Source: Halodesulfurarchaeum sp. | GTDB lineage: Archaea; Halobacteriota; Halobacteria; Halobacteriales; Halobacteriaceae | Assembly: GCF_036626455.1 (NCBI RefSeq) | Contig: NZ_JAZKRK010000006.1 | Span: forward strand, 2,380 to 66,379 | Reading direction: 5' to 3' | Length of the DNA: 64,000 nt | Part shown: one piece after another, positions 32,902-42,527 of the stretch | Numbering within the stretch: position 1 is the first letter of the stretch | Layout of the letters: each line of letters begins with the position of its first letter | Made by a program: the position numbers and the translations under genes | Notes under the pieces: model-generated | Databases searched by the model: none | The model's input: only the letters and a program-made list of their open reading frames with translations | What the model was told of the DNA's origin: nothing

Positions 32902-34878
32902 TTACCGCTCGAAATTGGTTTTTCGGAGTGAATCGATGCGCTTGATCTCCTCGGGTCCGAGCCGGGTCTTCGCTGCGGCCAGATTCGAGACGATATGGGA
33001 CCGTGTCGTGCTTGAGGGGATAGGCACCACATGGTGCGTGACGTTCCACGCGAGAACAACCCCGGCCGGCGAGAGTCCATAGCGGTCCCCGATATCACGA
33101 AGGGTCGGTTCATCCAGCAGACCGGGTGCAGACAGCGGGGAGTGCGCGACCACCCTAATTCCCTCCTCGTGACAGAGCGAAACGAGGTCATTTTGGGGCC
33201 TGTATGGGTGTCGTTCGATCTGGACGATCGACGGCCGAACACGGGCCGTTTCGAGTATCCGTTCCAGTTGAGGGGTAGTAACGTTCGAGACGGTGAGCGT
33301 GCGCGTAAGCCCCCGATCCGCAATCGCCTCGAGGTTCTCCCAGGCCGTTTCGAGCGAAATGGCAGCCGTTTGGATGTTTCCCTCGTCGTCTTCGGGGAAC
33401 GTCAGCGCCTCCTGTCGCTCGACAGGGTGATCGGCCAACCGGTTCAGTTGTCCACGGTGGACCCACGCTTCGGGCCAGTGGAGTGCATAGCTGTCGAAGG
33501 CGTCGATGCCGAGTTCTTCGAGACTGCGTTCTGCGGCCTCGAGCATCTGCTCCCATCGATGGTTGGTCCGCCAGACCTTTCCGAGGATGAAGACTGCCTC
33601 CGGGTCTGGTGCTCCTGGAGCGGCCAGTAGCTTTCCGATCCGATGTTCATTGCCATAGAGTTCGGCGCTGTCGAGCAGGCGATAGCCCGCATCCAAGGCC
33701 GTCGCAATGGATTCCCGTCGATCCACGTACTCACCATCGCGAAATCTCGAACAGCCGAAACCGATCGGTGGGAGTCGAATTGCCATTCGATCCGACGATC
33801 CATCGAGGGCCCCGGGTTCGACAACTGGGTGAGGAAAGGGGTCTGCTGATGTATTATACCTGGAAACCTCGACCGGGCCACGGTTTTCGGTGGCGTCCTC
33901 GATACCGTTGCAGATGGCGACCACGTGAGCACCTCGCCGTCCGGTTGCTCGCGAGGGCGCCCCATCCGCGACGCTTTGGGCGAGTCGTTCGACCGCGTCG
34001 GCATACTCGATCGATGATGTCGGCGATTGAGGCGGAACTGGGGTGTACTCGTGGCCGTTGCGCCCGAATTTGACGTTATCGATGGCTGTATCCATTGCAC
34101 CGGTGCCCTCAAGGTAAAGCGATCCGTCGTCACCGTGGAGTTCTAGTCCGTAGAACTCTCGACTCCGATGTGGGGCGTAAAAACTGGCTGTCAGACGGAC
34201 TACCGGACCCGATTCGAAGGCAAGTGTCGCCTCGACGTGGCTCGAAGCGGCTGGACGTTGGGCTTCACGGTTGGGCCAGACATCGAGTGCGTCTGCGATG
34301 CGGACGGTTTCGACGGGACCGAACCACGAGACGAGCAGAGTCAGCGGGTAGACGGCCCCGTCGTAGAGTGGACCGATATCCAGAAACGAGTCAGGTCGCT
34401 CGTGCCAGTCGGTGACTCGACCGACGTGTGCATGCGCATACCCAAGTTGGACAGGCCCCAACCGCCCGGACGCGAGGATCCGTGCCGCCCGGCGCTGAGA
34501 TGGCCCCTGCGGGTTCTCCGGGGCAACGCCTAACGCGAGGTTCCTGTCGCGTGCCAAAGCCAGCAGTTTGCCCGCGGTATCGGCCTTGAGCGCGAGGGGT
34601 TTCTGGGAGTAGACGTGACGGTTGGCCTCCAGGGCGGTTCGGGTTACGTCGGCGTGGGCGGCGTGACTCGTCAGGTTCACCACGATCGGAGCGTCGATGT
34701 GTGCGAGAGCCGTTTCCAGGTCGGTAAACGAAGGGCAATCGTATGCAGCCCCGAGTGTTTCGGCTCGCTCACCGTCGATGTCACAGACACCTGCGAGCGA
34801 GAGTCTCGTCGACTGAAGACTGGCGGCGTACTCCGAGGCGATCGCCCCAGCCCCGACGAACAGACAGTCCATGACCAT
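32902..34878 (-). CDS. Fusion protein: N-terminal Gfo/Idh/MocA-type oxidoreductase plus C-terminal aldo/keto reductase
   Basis: ORF track gives 32902..34896 (GTG); ATGs lie at 34878 and 34872. The N-terminus has the Rossmann motif CLFVGAGAIASEY and ...VYSQKPLAL. From residue ~371 (MAIRLPPIGFGCSRF...) it shows DSAELYGNE, ILGKVW and YALHWPE, typical of AKRs. There is no stop between the two halves. Confidence 0.8.
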   Translation of the reverse strand: MVMDCLFVGAGAIASEYAASLQSTRLSLAGVCDIDGERAETLGAAYDCPSFTDLETALAHIDAPIVVNLTSHAAHADVTRTALEANRHVYSQKPLALKADTAGKLLALARDRNLALGVAPENPQGPSQRRAARILASGRLGPVQLGYAHAHVGRVTDWHERPDSFLDIGPLYDGAVYPLTLLVSWFGPVETVRIADALDVWPNREAQRPAASSHVEATLAFESGPVVRLTASFYAPHRSREFYGLELHGDDGSLYLEGTGAMDTAIDNVKFGRNGHEYTPVPPQSPTSSIEYADAVERLAQSVADGAPSRATGRRGAHVVAICNGIEDATENRGPVEVSRYNTSADPFPHPVVEPGALDGSSDRMAIRLPPIGFGCSRFRDGEYVDRRESIATALDAGYRLLDSAELYGNEHRIGKLLAAPGAPDPEAVFILGKVWRTNHRWEQMLEAAERSLEELGIDAFDSYALHWPEAWVHRGQLNRLADHPVERQEALTFPEDDEGNIQTAAISLETAWENLEAIADRGLTRTLTVSNVTTPQLERILETARVRPSIVQIERHPYRPQNDLVSLCHEEGIRVVAHSPLSAPGLLDEPTLRDIGDRYGLSPAGVVLAWNVTHHVVPIPSSTTRSHIVSNLAAAKTRLGPEEIKRIDSLRKTNFER

Positions 34879-34939
34879 ACGCCAAGCGGAACCCACATAG
34901 GCGTCCCGGCGATGGCATTTTGTCCCCGGAGGACGAACC

Positions 34940-35830
34940 GTGACCGTGACTGAACCGGGAATGAGCCGGCTCGGGGCCGCCTTTCTCCGGGGGCTGCAGG
35001 CGATGGGCCGGCGTATCGACTACGGGACGAACGTTTTCGAACGCGACTGGGACGTTCTCGTCGTTCTCGACGCCTGTCGTGCGGATCTCCTCCAATCGGT
35101 CGTCCCCGAAACGGACCTGTTCGATGATGTCGAGACGATGCGGTCGGTCGGGAGTTCCTCTTCGGAGTGGCTCGAGAACACGTTTCCAGGCCATCCGGAG
35201 ACATCCCGGACGGTGATGGTTACTGGCAATACCTGGACTGATCGATACGTCGACGCCGACGCCTTCGCCAGTTTAGACGAAGTCTGGAAGTACGCCTGGG
35301 ACGAGGAGCTTGGGACGGTCCCGGCGTGGGCCGTCACCGATCGGGCGATATCAATGGCCCGAAATCACAACCCGGATCGGCTGATCGCCCACTACATGCA
35401 ACCCCATCACCCCTTCGTCCCAGATCCCCTCCCAGTCGACGATGGCATGGTCCGAAACAGTACTAATAGCAATCAGGCGAACCCATGGGTTGCACTCCGA
35501 AACGGCGATATCACGACTGAAAGGGTGTGGAAATCATACGAGGCCACGGTTCGGTATGTCCTGAATGCGGTTGAAACGTTGGTGGAGAACATCGCGGGCC
35601 AGGTCGCAATAACTGCCGATCACGGGAATCTCTTTGGGGAGTGGGGATTGTACGGTCACCCGATGAACACGCCGCTTCCGGAGGTCTTGACCGTTCCGTG
35701 GGCTGAGACAACTGGCGAAGACCGTCAGCTGCATTCGACAAAACTCGAACCCCCCGAGCCACTCCCGGTGAGCCACGTCTACGGGGCCGAAGGTGACCAG
35801 GCTCGACTTGAAGCGCTCGGTTATCGCTGA
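34940..35830 (+). CDS. Alkaline-phosphatase-superfamily (phosphodiesterase/sulfatase-like) protein
   Basis: 296 aa. VVLDACRADL, HYMQPHHPF and ITADHGNLFGEWGLYGH resemble the metal-site motifs of this superfamily. GTG at 34940 or ATG at 34961. Confidence 0.5.
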   Translation: MTVTEPGMSRLGAAFLRGLQAMGRRIDYGTNVFERDWDVLVVLDACRADLLQSVVPETDLFDDVETMRSVGSSSSEWLENTFPGHPETSRTVMVTGNTWTDRYVDADAFASLDEVWKYAWDEELGTVPAWAVTDRAISMARNHNPDRLIAHYMQPHHPFVPDPLPVDDGMVRNSTNSNQANPWVALRNGDITTERVWKSYEATVRYVLNAVETLVENIAGQVAITADHGNLFGEWGLYGHPMNTPLPEVLTVPWAETTGEDRQLHSTKLEPPEPLPVSHVYGAEGDQARLEALGYR

Positions 35831-35878
35831 TTTGTGAAAGCCGACAATATATTTCAGTCCCGCTGAAAGGTTGATTAG

Positions 35879-36991
35879 ATGGCACAGGTCGCAGTGGTCC
35901 ACAATACACTCGACTTTCAGGGTGGGGCAGATGCAGTATGCCTGGCGACCTGTGAGGCGCTCTTGACAGAACACGACGTCACGCTGTTCACCCTTGGAGA
36001 AACAGCTCCCACCGACCTTGCCGATCGGTTTGAGGCGGACGTGGCCGACATCGTGGTGCGGACACCGCTCGCAAATCCGTGGATAGCGAAGACACTCTCC
36101 CGGTTAGGCCCGACATTCGGCCCTCAACTTGCCTTCCGAAGCGTTCTCGTCGGTCAGTACTTCATGTTCCACGCCGACTCGTTTGACCTCACGGTAAGTA
36201 CCGCAAACGAGATTTCGCTTCCGGTTCCGTCCCTCCAGTACGTTCATTATCCCCAATTCCATCTCCGAAATCTCGAACATGCAACCCACGGCCGGCTGAA
36301 CCAGCTATGGAGTTGGATCGCCGGGCCCGAACGGGAAACGCTTCAGAACACGACACTTTTGGCAAACTCCGCGTGGACCGCGGACACCGTTGAGGAGATT
36401 TACGACGTCCGTCCAACTGTTCTACATCCGCCAGTCGACTCTATCGATGGAGGTCTCAATTGGGAACAGCGCGAAAATGGGATCATTATCCTCGGACGGA
36501 TCGCCCCCGACAAACGTGTTCTGGAGGCGATTACTATCGTCGATCGTCTCCGTGATCGGGGCCAGGATGTCCACCTTCATATCGTCGGATCAGCACCGCG
36601 ACTCTACCGGCCGTACGTCGAGCGTGTCACAACGGAAGCTGACCGCCGCGCACATGTTACGCTTGAGCGGGATGTCTCACGCGAGCGACTTGAAGCGCTG
36701 CTGCGAACGCATCGGTACGGACTGAACCTCAAAAGTAACGAGCACTTCGGCATGTCAGTTGCGGAGTACGTCGAAGCAGGAATGATCGCATTCGCACCAG
36801 ACGGGGGCGGCCAGCGGGAGATTCTCAATGGACGCTCCGATCGGTTGTTCGATTCGATAGCAGCGGCCGTCGACACCATCGAAACGAGTCTAGAGCGAGA
36901 CGATCGACCATCAGTACCCCGAGATCGGTTCGATCGCGAGCGTTTCAAATCGAAAATCAGAACACACGCAAATCGAACGCTGGACCGGTAG
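35879..36991 (+). CDS. Glycosyltransferase family 4 (GT-B)
   Basis: 370 aa. Contains the E-x7-E motif EHFGMSVAEYVEAG. Confidence 0.85.
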   Translation: MAQVAVVHNTLDFQGGADAVCLATCEALLTEHDVTLFTLGETAPTDLADRFEADVADIVVRTPLANPWIAKTLSRLGPTFGPQLAFRSVLVGQYFMFHADSFDLTVSTANEISLPVPSLQYVHYPQFHLRNLEHATHGRLNQLWSWIAGPERETLQNTTLLANSAWTADTVEEIYDVRPTVLHPPVDSIDGGLNWEQRENGIIILGRIAPDKRVLEAITIVDRLRDRGQDVHLHIVGSAPRLYRPYVERVTTEADRRAHVTLERDVSRERLEALLRTHRYGLNLKSNEHFGMSVAEYVEAGMIAFAPDGGGQREILNGRSDRLFDSIAAAVDTIETSLERDDRPSVPRDRFDRERFKSKIRTHANRTLDR

Positions 36992-37365
36992 GCCGGCGGT
37001 AGCAGCGATTTAGGGGTAATAGGGATCGTTATTATGGGCGCCAGTGACCATCTCATATCCCGTAATGCGGTGCAGGAAGGATTCGTTTCGGGATAAAACA
37101 CTTCTCGTCGTCCCGTTCCCAATTCCGCGCCTCGGTCCAAACACGGCCTCCGTCAGAACGGACCCCGTGCACCGGCTCCAGCCGTAACTAAGACAACTGT
37201 GGCACCCTCCGTCGAGCCGGACTCCCATCTGACCCAGGTCCGGAAAATGCTACCCTGACTTTATTTATAAATGTTACATTACCGGGTTTGGGACCGATCG
37301 TAAGCGAGGCTGAAACAACCGAATTGGCAAAATGCACCTACCGAGGGATTTATAAGAAGTTTTAG

Positions 37366-37467
37366 TAGTCCCGGGCGGATTCGAACCGCCGTCATGGGCT
37401 GTCTTCCCACCGCGGAATTCCACGACAGTCCAAAGGCCCATATGATTGGCCACTACACCACGGGACT
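37366..37467 (-). tRNA. tRNA-Gln (anticodon UUG) with a 29-nt intron at the canonical 37/38 position
   Basis: Hand-folded. Acceptor stem AGTCCCG/CGGGACT, T-arm GGCGG-TTCGAAT-CCGCC, anticodon arm TGGGC-CTTTGG[intron]A-GCCCA. Intron ends CTGTC...GACAG can pair. No encoded CCA. A TATA-like TTTATCC lies about 25 nt upstream (plus 37491-37499). Confidence 0.85.
37401..37429 (-). other. tRNA-Gln intron (boundary ambiguous by 1 nt)
   Basis: This is the sequence between the anticodon-loop G37 and A38: ACTGTCGTGGAATTCCGCGGTGGGAAGAC. Confidence 0.7.
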
Positions 37468-37524
37468 TCACCCGGGACTTTGACTGAGTCGGATAAATGT
37501 GTGACGGCTTCGGCTCGGGGACAG

Positions 37525-38742
37525 TTACGTATCGAGCCGTTCGGTCACGCCCACCTCGAAGTCGTTTCGAAGGGCTTCGACGTCCATCTCCTCGAGGACT
37601 GGAACGAAAAAGCCCTCGACAAGCATGTTTCGAGCAGTCTCTTCGGGAACCCCACTGGAGGTCATGTAGAAGAGGTCTCGGTGGTTCACTTGCCCCACTG
37701 TCGCCGAGTGTGAGGCTTCCGTATCGTGGTTGTTGATGATCAGTTTCGGCGAGGCGTCGGCCTCGCTCCGGTCTGAGAGCATCAGCGTGTTCTCTCGCTG
37801 GTAGGAACTCGTGTCCCACGCATCCTGACCCACGTCCTGGGTTCCTTCGTAGACCGACCGTGCCTGGTCATCGACCACGCCCCTGGTGACGAGATCTGCG
37901 GTGGTATGTTCGCCTCGATGCCAGACTCTCGCATCGAGATCGAAGTGCTGGTCCTCACGACCGAAGAACGCACCGACAGTCTTCGTTTCTGAACCGTCAC
38001 CAGCCAAGGTGGTCCCGATCTCTGACTTACGAAGCTGTGAGCCGAGATTGCCCTCCAACCAGTTGACGGTTGCATACGTGTCGGCTGTCCCCTGCGACTT
38101 GGTGTATGCGTATGTGTGGTCGTCGAACTCCTGAAGTGACCCGTAGTTCACTGTCGCGTTCTCTTCGGCGACGACCTCAGTGACGCCGCCGTAATATCGG
38201 GAGTCTTCGACTTCATCGCTGGAGGAACGTCGATCGGCGACCGTGACGGAGCTGTTCGGTTCGGCCACAACAAGTGTGTAACCCAGTCGCGAACGCCCTT
38301 CCATTGCCGTCTCAATCTTCACCGTCCCTGCATCGACTCCTTCGGGGACGTGAATGACTGTCCCACCGGACCGAAGCGCGGTTGCAAGCGCGATCAGCCT
38401 GTTGTCGAGTGTGTCGATAACTGACCCGTAATACTCCTGTACGAGTGCCGGCAGGCGCTCGAGTGCCGCGTCCATCGAAAGGACCTCGACCGCGTCGCCC
38501 CCACTCCGCTGTGATTCGGCCGGTTGTGAGAGTGGGTCTACGAGTGCTTCAAAGTCGAGGCTCTCGAGGTCGGTCCACTTCCGACCTGGGGTCTGGATGA
38601 CTGGCGGGAAGTCGAGTGCTTCGACCGCTTCGAGGGCTTCCAGCCGTTTCTGAACCATCCAATCAGGTTCGTCGAACTGGTCTGCAAGTGCCCTGACCGT
38701 CCCACGGTCGACCGCTTCCCGGAACTGTGCCGTTGTCGTCAT
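37525..38742 (-). CDS. sufD: Fe-S cluster assembly protein SufD
   Basis: 405 aa. It sits downstream of sufB with a 4-nt overlap. The C-terminal ...GQVNHRDLFYMTSSGVPEETARNMLVEGF is typical of SufB/D. Confidence 0.9.
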   Translation of the reverse strand: MTTTAQFREAVDRGTVRALADQFDEPDWMVQKRLEALEAVEALDFPPVIQTPGRKWTDLESLDFEALVDPLSQPAESQRSGGDAVEVLSMDAALERLPALVQEYYGSVIDTLDNRLIALATALRSGGTVIHVPEGVDAGTVKIETAMEGRSRLGYTLVVAEPNSSVTVADRRSSSDEVEDSRYYGGVTEVVAEENATVNYGSLQEFDDHTYAYTKSQGTADTYATVNWLEGNLGSQLRKSEIGTTLAGDGSETKTVGAFFGREDQHFDLDARVWHRGEHTTADLVTRGVVDDQARSVYEGTQDVGQDAWDTSSYQRENTLMLSDRSEADASPKLIINNHDTEASHSATVGQVNHRDLFYMTSSGVPEETARNMLVEGFFVPVLEEMDVEALRNDFEVGVTERLDT

Positions 38743-40166
38743 CCGAGGCTCCCCTCCATTTCGAGTTCGATCAGTCGATTCAGTTCGACGGCGTACTCAA
38801 GTGGCAGTTCTTCGGTGATCGGCTCGATGAAGCCAGCGACGATCATCTTCTTGGCGTCATCATCGTCCAGGCCGCGGGATTGGAGGTAGAAGACGTCCTC
38901 GTCGCCGATCTTGCCGACAGTCGCCTCGTGTGCGACGTCCACTTTGGACTCGTTGATCTCCATGTACGGCATGGTGTCCGACGTGGATTCGTTGTCGAAC
39001 ATCAGGGCGTCGCACTCCACGCTCGTCGAGGAGTTTTCGGCACCGTTCCCGATGTGCACCAGTCCGCGATAATTCGTCCGGCCACCGTCCTTACTGATCG
39101 ATTTTGACTCGATAGTGGACTTGGTGTTGGGGGCCGTGTGGTACACCTTGGCACCAGTGTCGATGTCCTGGCCTTCACCGGCGAATGCGATTGTAATGTG
39201 TGTGTCAGTCGCCCCTTCTCCTTTGAGGACCGAACAGGGGTACAGCATGGTTACTTTTGAGCCCATGCTCCCTGAAATCCACTCCATGGTCCCGTTTCCG
39301 TCGACGAGAGCGCGTTTCGTGTTGAGGTTGTAGGTGTTCTTCGACCAGTTCTGCACGGTCGAATACTGGACGTGAGCGTCCTCTTTCACGAACACCTCGA
39401 CAGCGCCCGAGTGAAGGTTGTGGGTCGCGTACTGCGGTGCCGAACAGCCCTCAATGTAGTGGACTTCCGAGCCGGGTTCGGCCACGATGAGCGTGTGCTC
39501 GAACTGGCCCATCCCTTCCGAGTTCATTCGGAAGTAAGCCTGGACCGGCATATCGACTGAGACGTCCTCCGGGATGTAGACGAACGAGCCGCCGGACCAA
39601 ACCGCTCCGTGGAGCGCCGCGAACTTGTTGTCACTCGGGGGAACAGCCTTCCGCATGAAGTACTCCTTCACGATGTCCGGGTGCTCCTGGACGGCCCGGT
39701 CCATATTCATAAAGATGACCCCTTTCTCCTGCCACTGTTCTTTCATATTCTGGTAGACGACCTCGGACTCGTACTGCGCACCGACTCCCGAGAGAGCGTC
39801 TTTCTCCGCTTCCGGAATCCCGAGTTTGTCAAAGGTATCTTGAATCTCGTCGGGGAGGTCTTCCCAGTTTTCCGCTTCGCCACGGGTCTCGACATCAGGC
39901 CGGATGTACGGGATGATCTTCTCGACATCCAGACCCGAGAGGTCGGGTTGGCCCGGCCAATCCGTCGGCATCGGCATATTCTGATAGTGCTCGAGTGCCT
40001 TCAGGCGACGCTCGAGCATCCATTCCGGTTCGTCCTTGTCATCGGAGATGACTCGAACGGTCTCCTCGTTCAGTCCGATCTCTGATTCGAAGGCCGAGGA
40101 TTGCTCCTTCTTGAACTCGAAGCGCTTCTCCGTGTCGGCGTTTTCCAGATTTTGATCTGAACTCAT
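38739..40166 (-). CDS. sufB: Fe-S cluster assembly protein SufB
   Basis: 475 aa. Contains ...HYIEGCSAPQY..., ...TKSTIESKSISKDGGRTNYRG... and ...FYLQSRGLDDDDAKKMIVAGF. Confidence 0.95.
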   Translation of the reverse strand: MSSDQNLENADTEKRFEFKKEQSSAFESEIGLNEETVRVISDDKDEPEWMLERRLKALEHYQNMPMPTDWPGQPDLSGLDVEKIIPYIRPDVETRGEAENWEDLPDEIQDTFDKLGIPEAEKDALSGVGAQYESEVVYQNMKEQWQEKGVIFMNMDRAVQEHPDIVKEYFMRKAVPPSDNKFAALHGAVWSGGSFVYIPEDVSVDMPVQAYFRMNSEGMGQFEHTLIVAEPGSEVHYIEGCSAPQYATHNLHSGAVEVFVKEDAHVQYSTVQNWSKNTYNLNTKRALVDGNGTMEWISGSMGSKVTMLYPCSVLKGEGATDTHITIAFAGEGQDIDTGAKVYHTAPNTKSTIESKSISKDGGRTNYRGLVHIGNGAENSSTSVECDALMFDNESTSDTMPYMEINESKVDVAHEATVGKIGDEDVFYLQSRGLDDDDAKKMIVAGFIEPITEELPLEYAVELNRLIELEMEGSLG

Positions 40167-40178
40167 GTTGGGTTCACC

Positions 40179-41081
40179 TTAGGCCGCCCCGTACACCTGA
40201 TCGCGGACCCAGTCGTAGCCGTGCTCTTCAAGATCCTTCGCAAGGTCGGCGTCGCCTTCTTTCACGATCTCGCCGTCGAGCATGATGTGGACCATATCTG
40301 GCTCGACGTAATCGAGAATCCGCTGGTAGTGGGTGATCTGCAGGACACCCGTACCCTGTTCGTCACGAAGCGCATTGATGCCGTCGGAGACGTCTTGGAG
40401 TCGATCAATGTCCAGCCCGGAGTCGATCTCGTCCAGGACGGCGACTGCCGGTTCGAGAAGGGCTGCCTGCAACACTTCGTTTTGCTTTTTCTCGCCGCCG
40501 GAGAACCCGACGTTGAGATATCGGCGGGCAAAGGACGTGTCCATGTCCAGAAGGTCCATTTTCTCTTCAAGAAGGTTGTGGAACTCCTCGACGCTGACAG
40601 GGCCTTCGTCCTCTGGGCCCGCTCTCGGGTCGGACTCGTATCCCTCGTCTTCGTCCGTTTCATCCTCGTCTTCATCCAAAATGAGTGCTTCACGTTCCTC
40701 GAGTTTGGCATTGAGTGCCGTCCGGAGGAAATTCGAGAGGGTTACCCCTTCGATTTCGACGGGATACTGGAAACCCAGGTAGATCCCGAGGGCCGCTCGC
40801 TCGTGGGGATCGAGATCTAAGAGACTCCATGTTCGTTTATCAGGCGGAATCTCGATGTCGTCGAAGTCATCCTCCTCAAGATGAAGGAGAATATCGCCCT
40901 CGGTAACGGTGTATTCAGGGTGGCCAGCAATGACCTTCGCCGTTGTCGATTTGCCGCTCCCATTGGGCCCCATGAGGGCGTGGATCTCGTTCGAGGAAAC
41001 CTCGAGATCGACGCCCTTGAGGATCATTTCGTCCTCTTCTGTCACAGTCGCGTGAACGTTCTGTAATTCGAGTGTCGCCAT
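40179..41081 (-). CDS. sufC: Fe-S cluster assembly ATPase SufC (with an acidic haloarchaeal insertion)
   Basis: 300 aa. Walker A GPNGSGKST, signature GFSGGEKK and Walker B AVLDEIDSGLD. The insertion is DEDEDETDEDEGYESD. Confidence 0.95.
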   Translation of the reverse strand: MATLELQNVHATVTEEDEMILKGVDLEVSSNEIHALMGPNGSGKSTTAKVIAGHPEYTVTEGDILLHLEEDDFDDIEIPPDKRTWSLLDLDPHERAALGIYLGFQYPVEIEGVTLSNFLRTALNAKLEEREALILDEDEDETDEDEGYESDPRAGPEDEGPVSVEEFHNLLEEKMDLLDMDTSFARRYLNVGFSGGEKKQNEVLQAALLEPAVAVLDEIDSGLDIDRLQDVSDGINALRDEQGTGVLQITHYQRILDYVEPDMVHIMLDGEIVKEGDADLAKDLEEHGYDWVRDQVYGAA

Positions 41082-41200
41082 CGATTAGGTCATCCTAAAT
41101 AACGGCTGAGAAACGTTTAATGCTTGCGCATCCGGCGGCCAACAGGCGTTTCACCTGAGAATACCCAACGCTGAAACCCACTGCCCTGGAATATTCACTA

Positions 41201-41953
41201 ATGACGATATCGGGACGACTGGACGGTGACACCGCAGTAATTACTGGGGCAAGTGCTGGAATCGGACAGGCGACTGCACGAGCCTTGGCTGGGGAGGGTG
41301 CGGCAGTGGTTCTTGCAGCCAGACGTGAAACGCGGTTGAAAACCGTTGCCGACCAGATCCGCGCTGATGATGGAACTGCGCGAGTCGTTCCAACGGATGT
41401 GACGGACGAAGCCGCAGTAAACGCACTCGTCGAAACCACTGTCTCCGAGTTTGGTGGCCTTGATATTGTCGTCGCCAATGCCGGCATCGGCCGAGGAGAG
41501 GGTGTAAAAGATCTCGAAACGGACGCCTACCGCCAGATGATGAATGTCAACGTGGACGGGGTCTTTTATTTGACCAGGGCGGCCCTCTCCCATCTAACCG
41601 ACACCGAGGGGAATTTGATCTTTATCGGAAGTTTCGCCGGCCAGTTTCCGCGTCCCTTCAATCCGGTCTATGCAGCGACGAAATGGTGGGTTCGAGGATT
41701 TGCAAAAAGTGTCATGGCAGACGTCGGTGGCGAGGGAGTCGGCGTCTCGATCATCAATCCATCCGAGGTCCGGACCGAGTTCGGATTCGAGGAGGGGGAT
41801 TCGTTCGAAGCCCAGTACAAACCCGGCACCGTCACCGAACCCGAGGAAATTGCTGACGCAGTCACCTTCGCGGCCAGCCAGGATAATTCGACAGTGGCTG
41901 AGCTAGACCTCTTCCGTCGTGACAAGTTTGAAACGTTCGGGTCGAACCGCTAA
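41201..41953 (+). CDS. Short-chain dehydrogenase/reductase (SDR)
   Basis: 250 aa. Contains TGASAGIG, NAG and the catalytic YAATK. Confidence 0.9.
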   Translation: MTISGRLDGDTAVITGASAGIGQATARALAGEGAAVVLAARRETRLKTVADQIRADDGTARVVPTDVTDEAAVNALVETTVSEFGGLDIVVANAGIGRGEGVKDLETDAYRQMMNVNVDGVFYLTRAALSHLTDTEGNLIFIGSFAGQFPRPFNPVYAATKWWVRGFAKSVMADVGGEGVGVSIINPSEVRTEFGFEEGDSFEAQYKPGTVTEPEEIADAVTFAASQDNSTVAELDLFRRDKFETFGSNR

Positions 41954-41993
41954 ACGGAGAAGTCTTTTCAGTCGGTATGAAGACCCTTTGAGC

Positions 41994-42389
41994 ATGGACG
42001 CCCTCGCCATCGACCACGTCAATTTACGGATCCCAGCCAACGGAATCCCGCAGGCACTCGAATTTTACCGTGACGTGCTTGCCTTCGAGATCGAACGGCG
42101 GGACGAGTTTGAAGCGGGTGAAAAGCCGTTTATCGCCGTCCGACTCACAGACACGTCAGTCATTCATCTCTGGCCAGATCCGAATTTCGAGCCCCCGAGC
42201 GGGTGGAATTACGACCATATTTCGATCCATCTCGACGAATCAGGCGAGGCAATTCGAGAGACAGTCGAAGACGCAGCCGTACCGATCGAAGATGACCGTA
42301 GGGTCGCCGGCGCTGTCGGTCACAAACGAGCGATATACGTCAGGGATCCGTTTGGGTACCTCGTTGAATTGAAAGCCGCACACACCTGA
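41994..42389 (+). CDS. VOC-family (glyoxalase/bleomycin-resistance/dioxygenase) protein
   Basis: ORF track gives 41919..42389. The ATG at 41994 gives MDALAIDHVNLRIP.... The C-terminal ...IYVRDPFGYLVELK is typical of VOC proteins. Confidence 0.7.
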   Translation: MDALAIDHVNLRIPANGIPQALEFYRDVLAFEIERRDEFEAGEKPFIAVRLTDTSVIHLWPDPNFEPPSGWNYDHISIHLDESGEAIRETVEDAAVPIEDDRRVAGAVGHKRAIYVRDPFGYLVELKAAHT

Positions 42390-42527
42390 GACATACGACA
42401 CTTGAGGATTAGTACCACTTCGTCTTCGGTAGTCCCTATCTGGACACGGTGCTCGAATCGGAGCAACCAATTTCGTTTGCACTGATAGGAAGCCTTTTCC
42501 GAATCTCACACAGAAGCGTTATTACTA

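Noticed and set aside
37010-37228. 72-aa ORF downstream of tRNA-Gln as a zinc-finger micro-protein
   Set aside because: It is basic, with only three Cys and no recognisable fold. It is kept as a remark in a finding but not called as a gene.
37274-37819. 181-aa minus-strand ORF spanning the tRNA gene and the sufD 3' end
   Set aside because: It overlaps a tRNA gene and the sufD frame, and its translation is Arg/Gly-rich.
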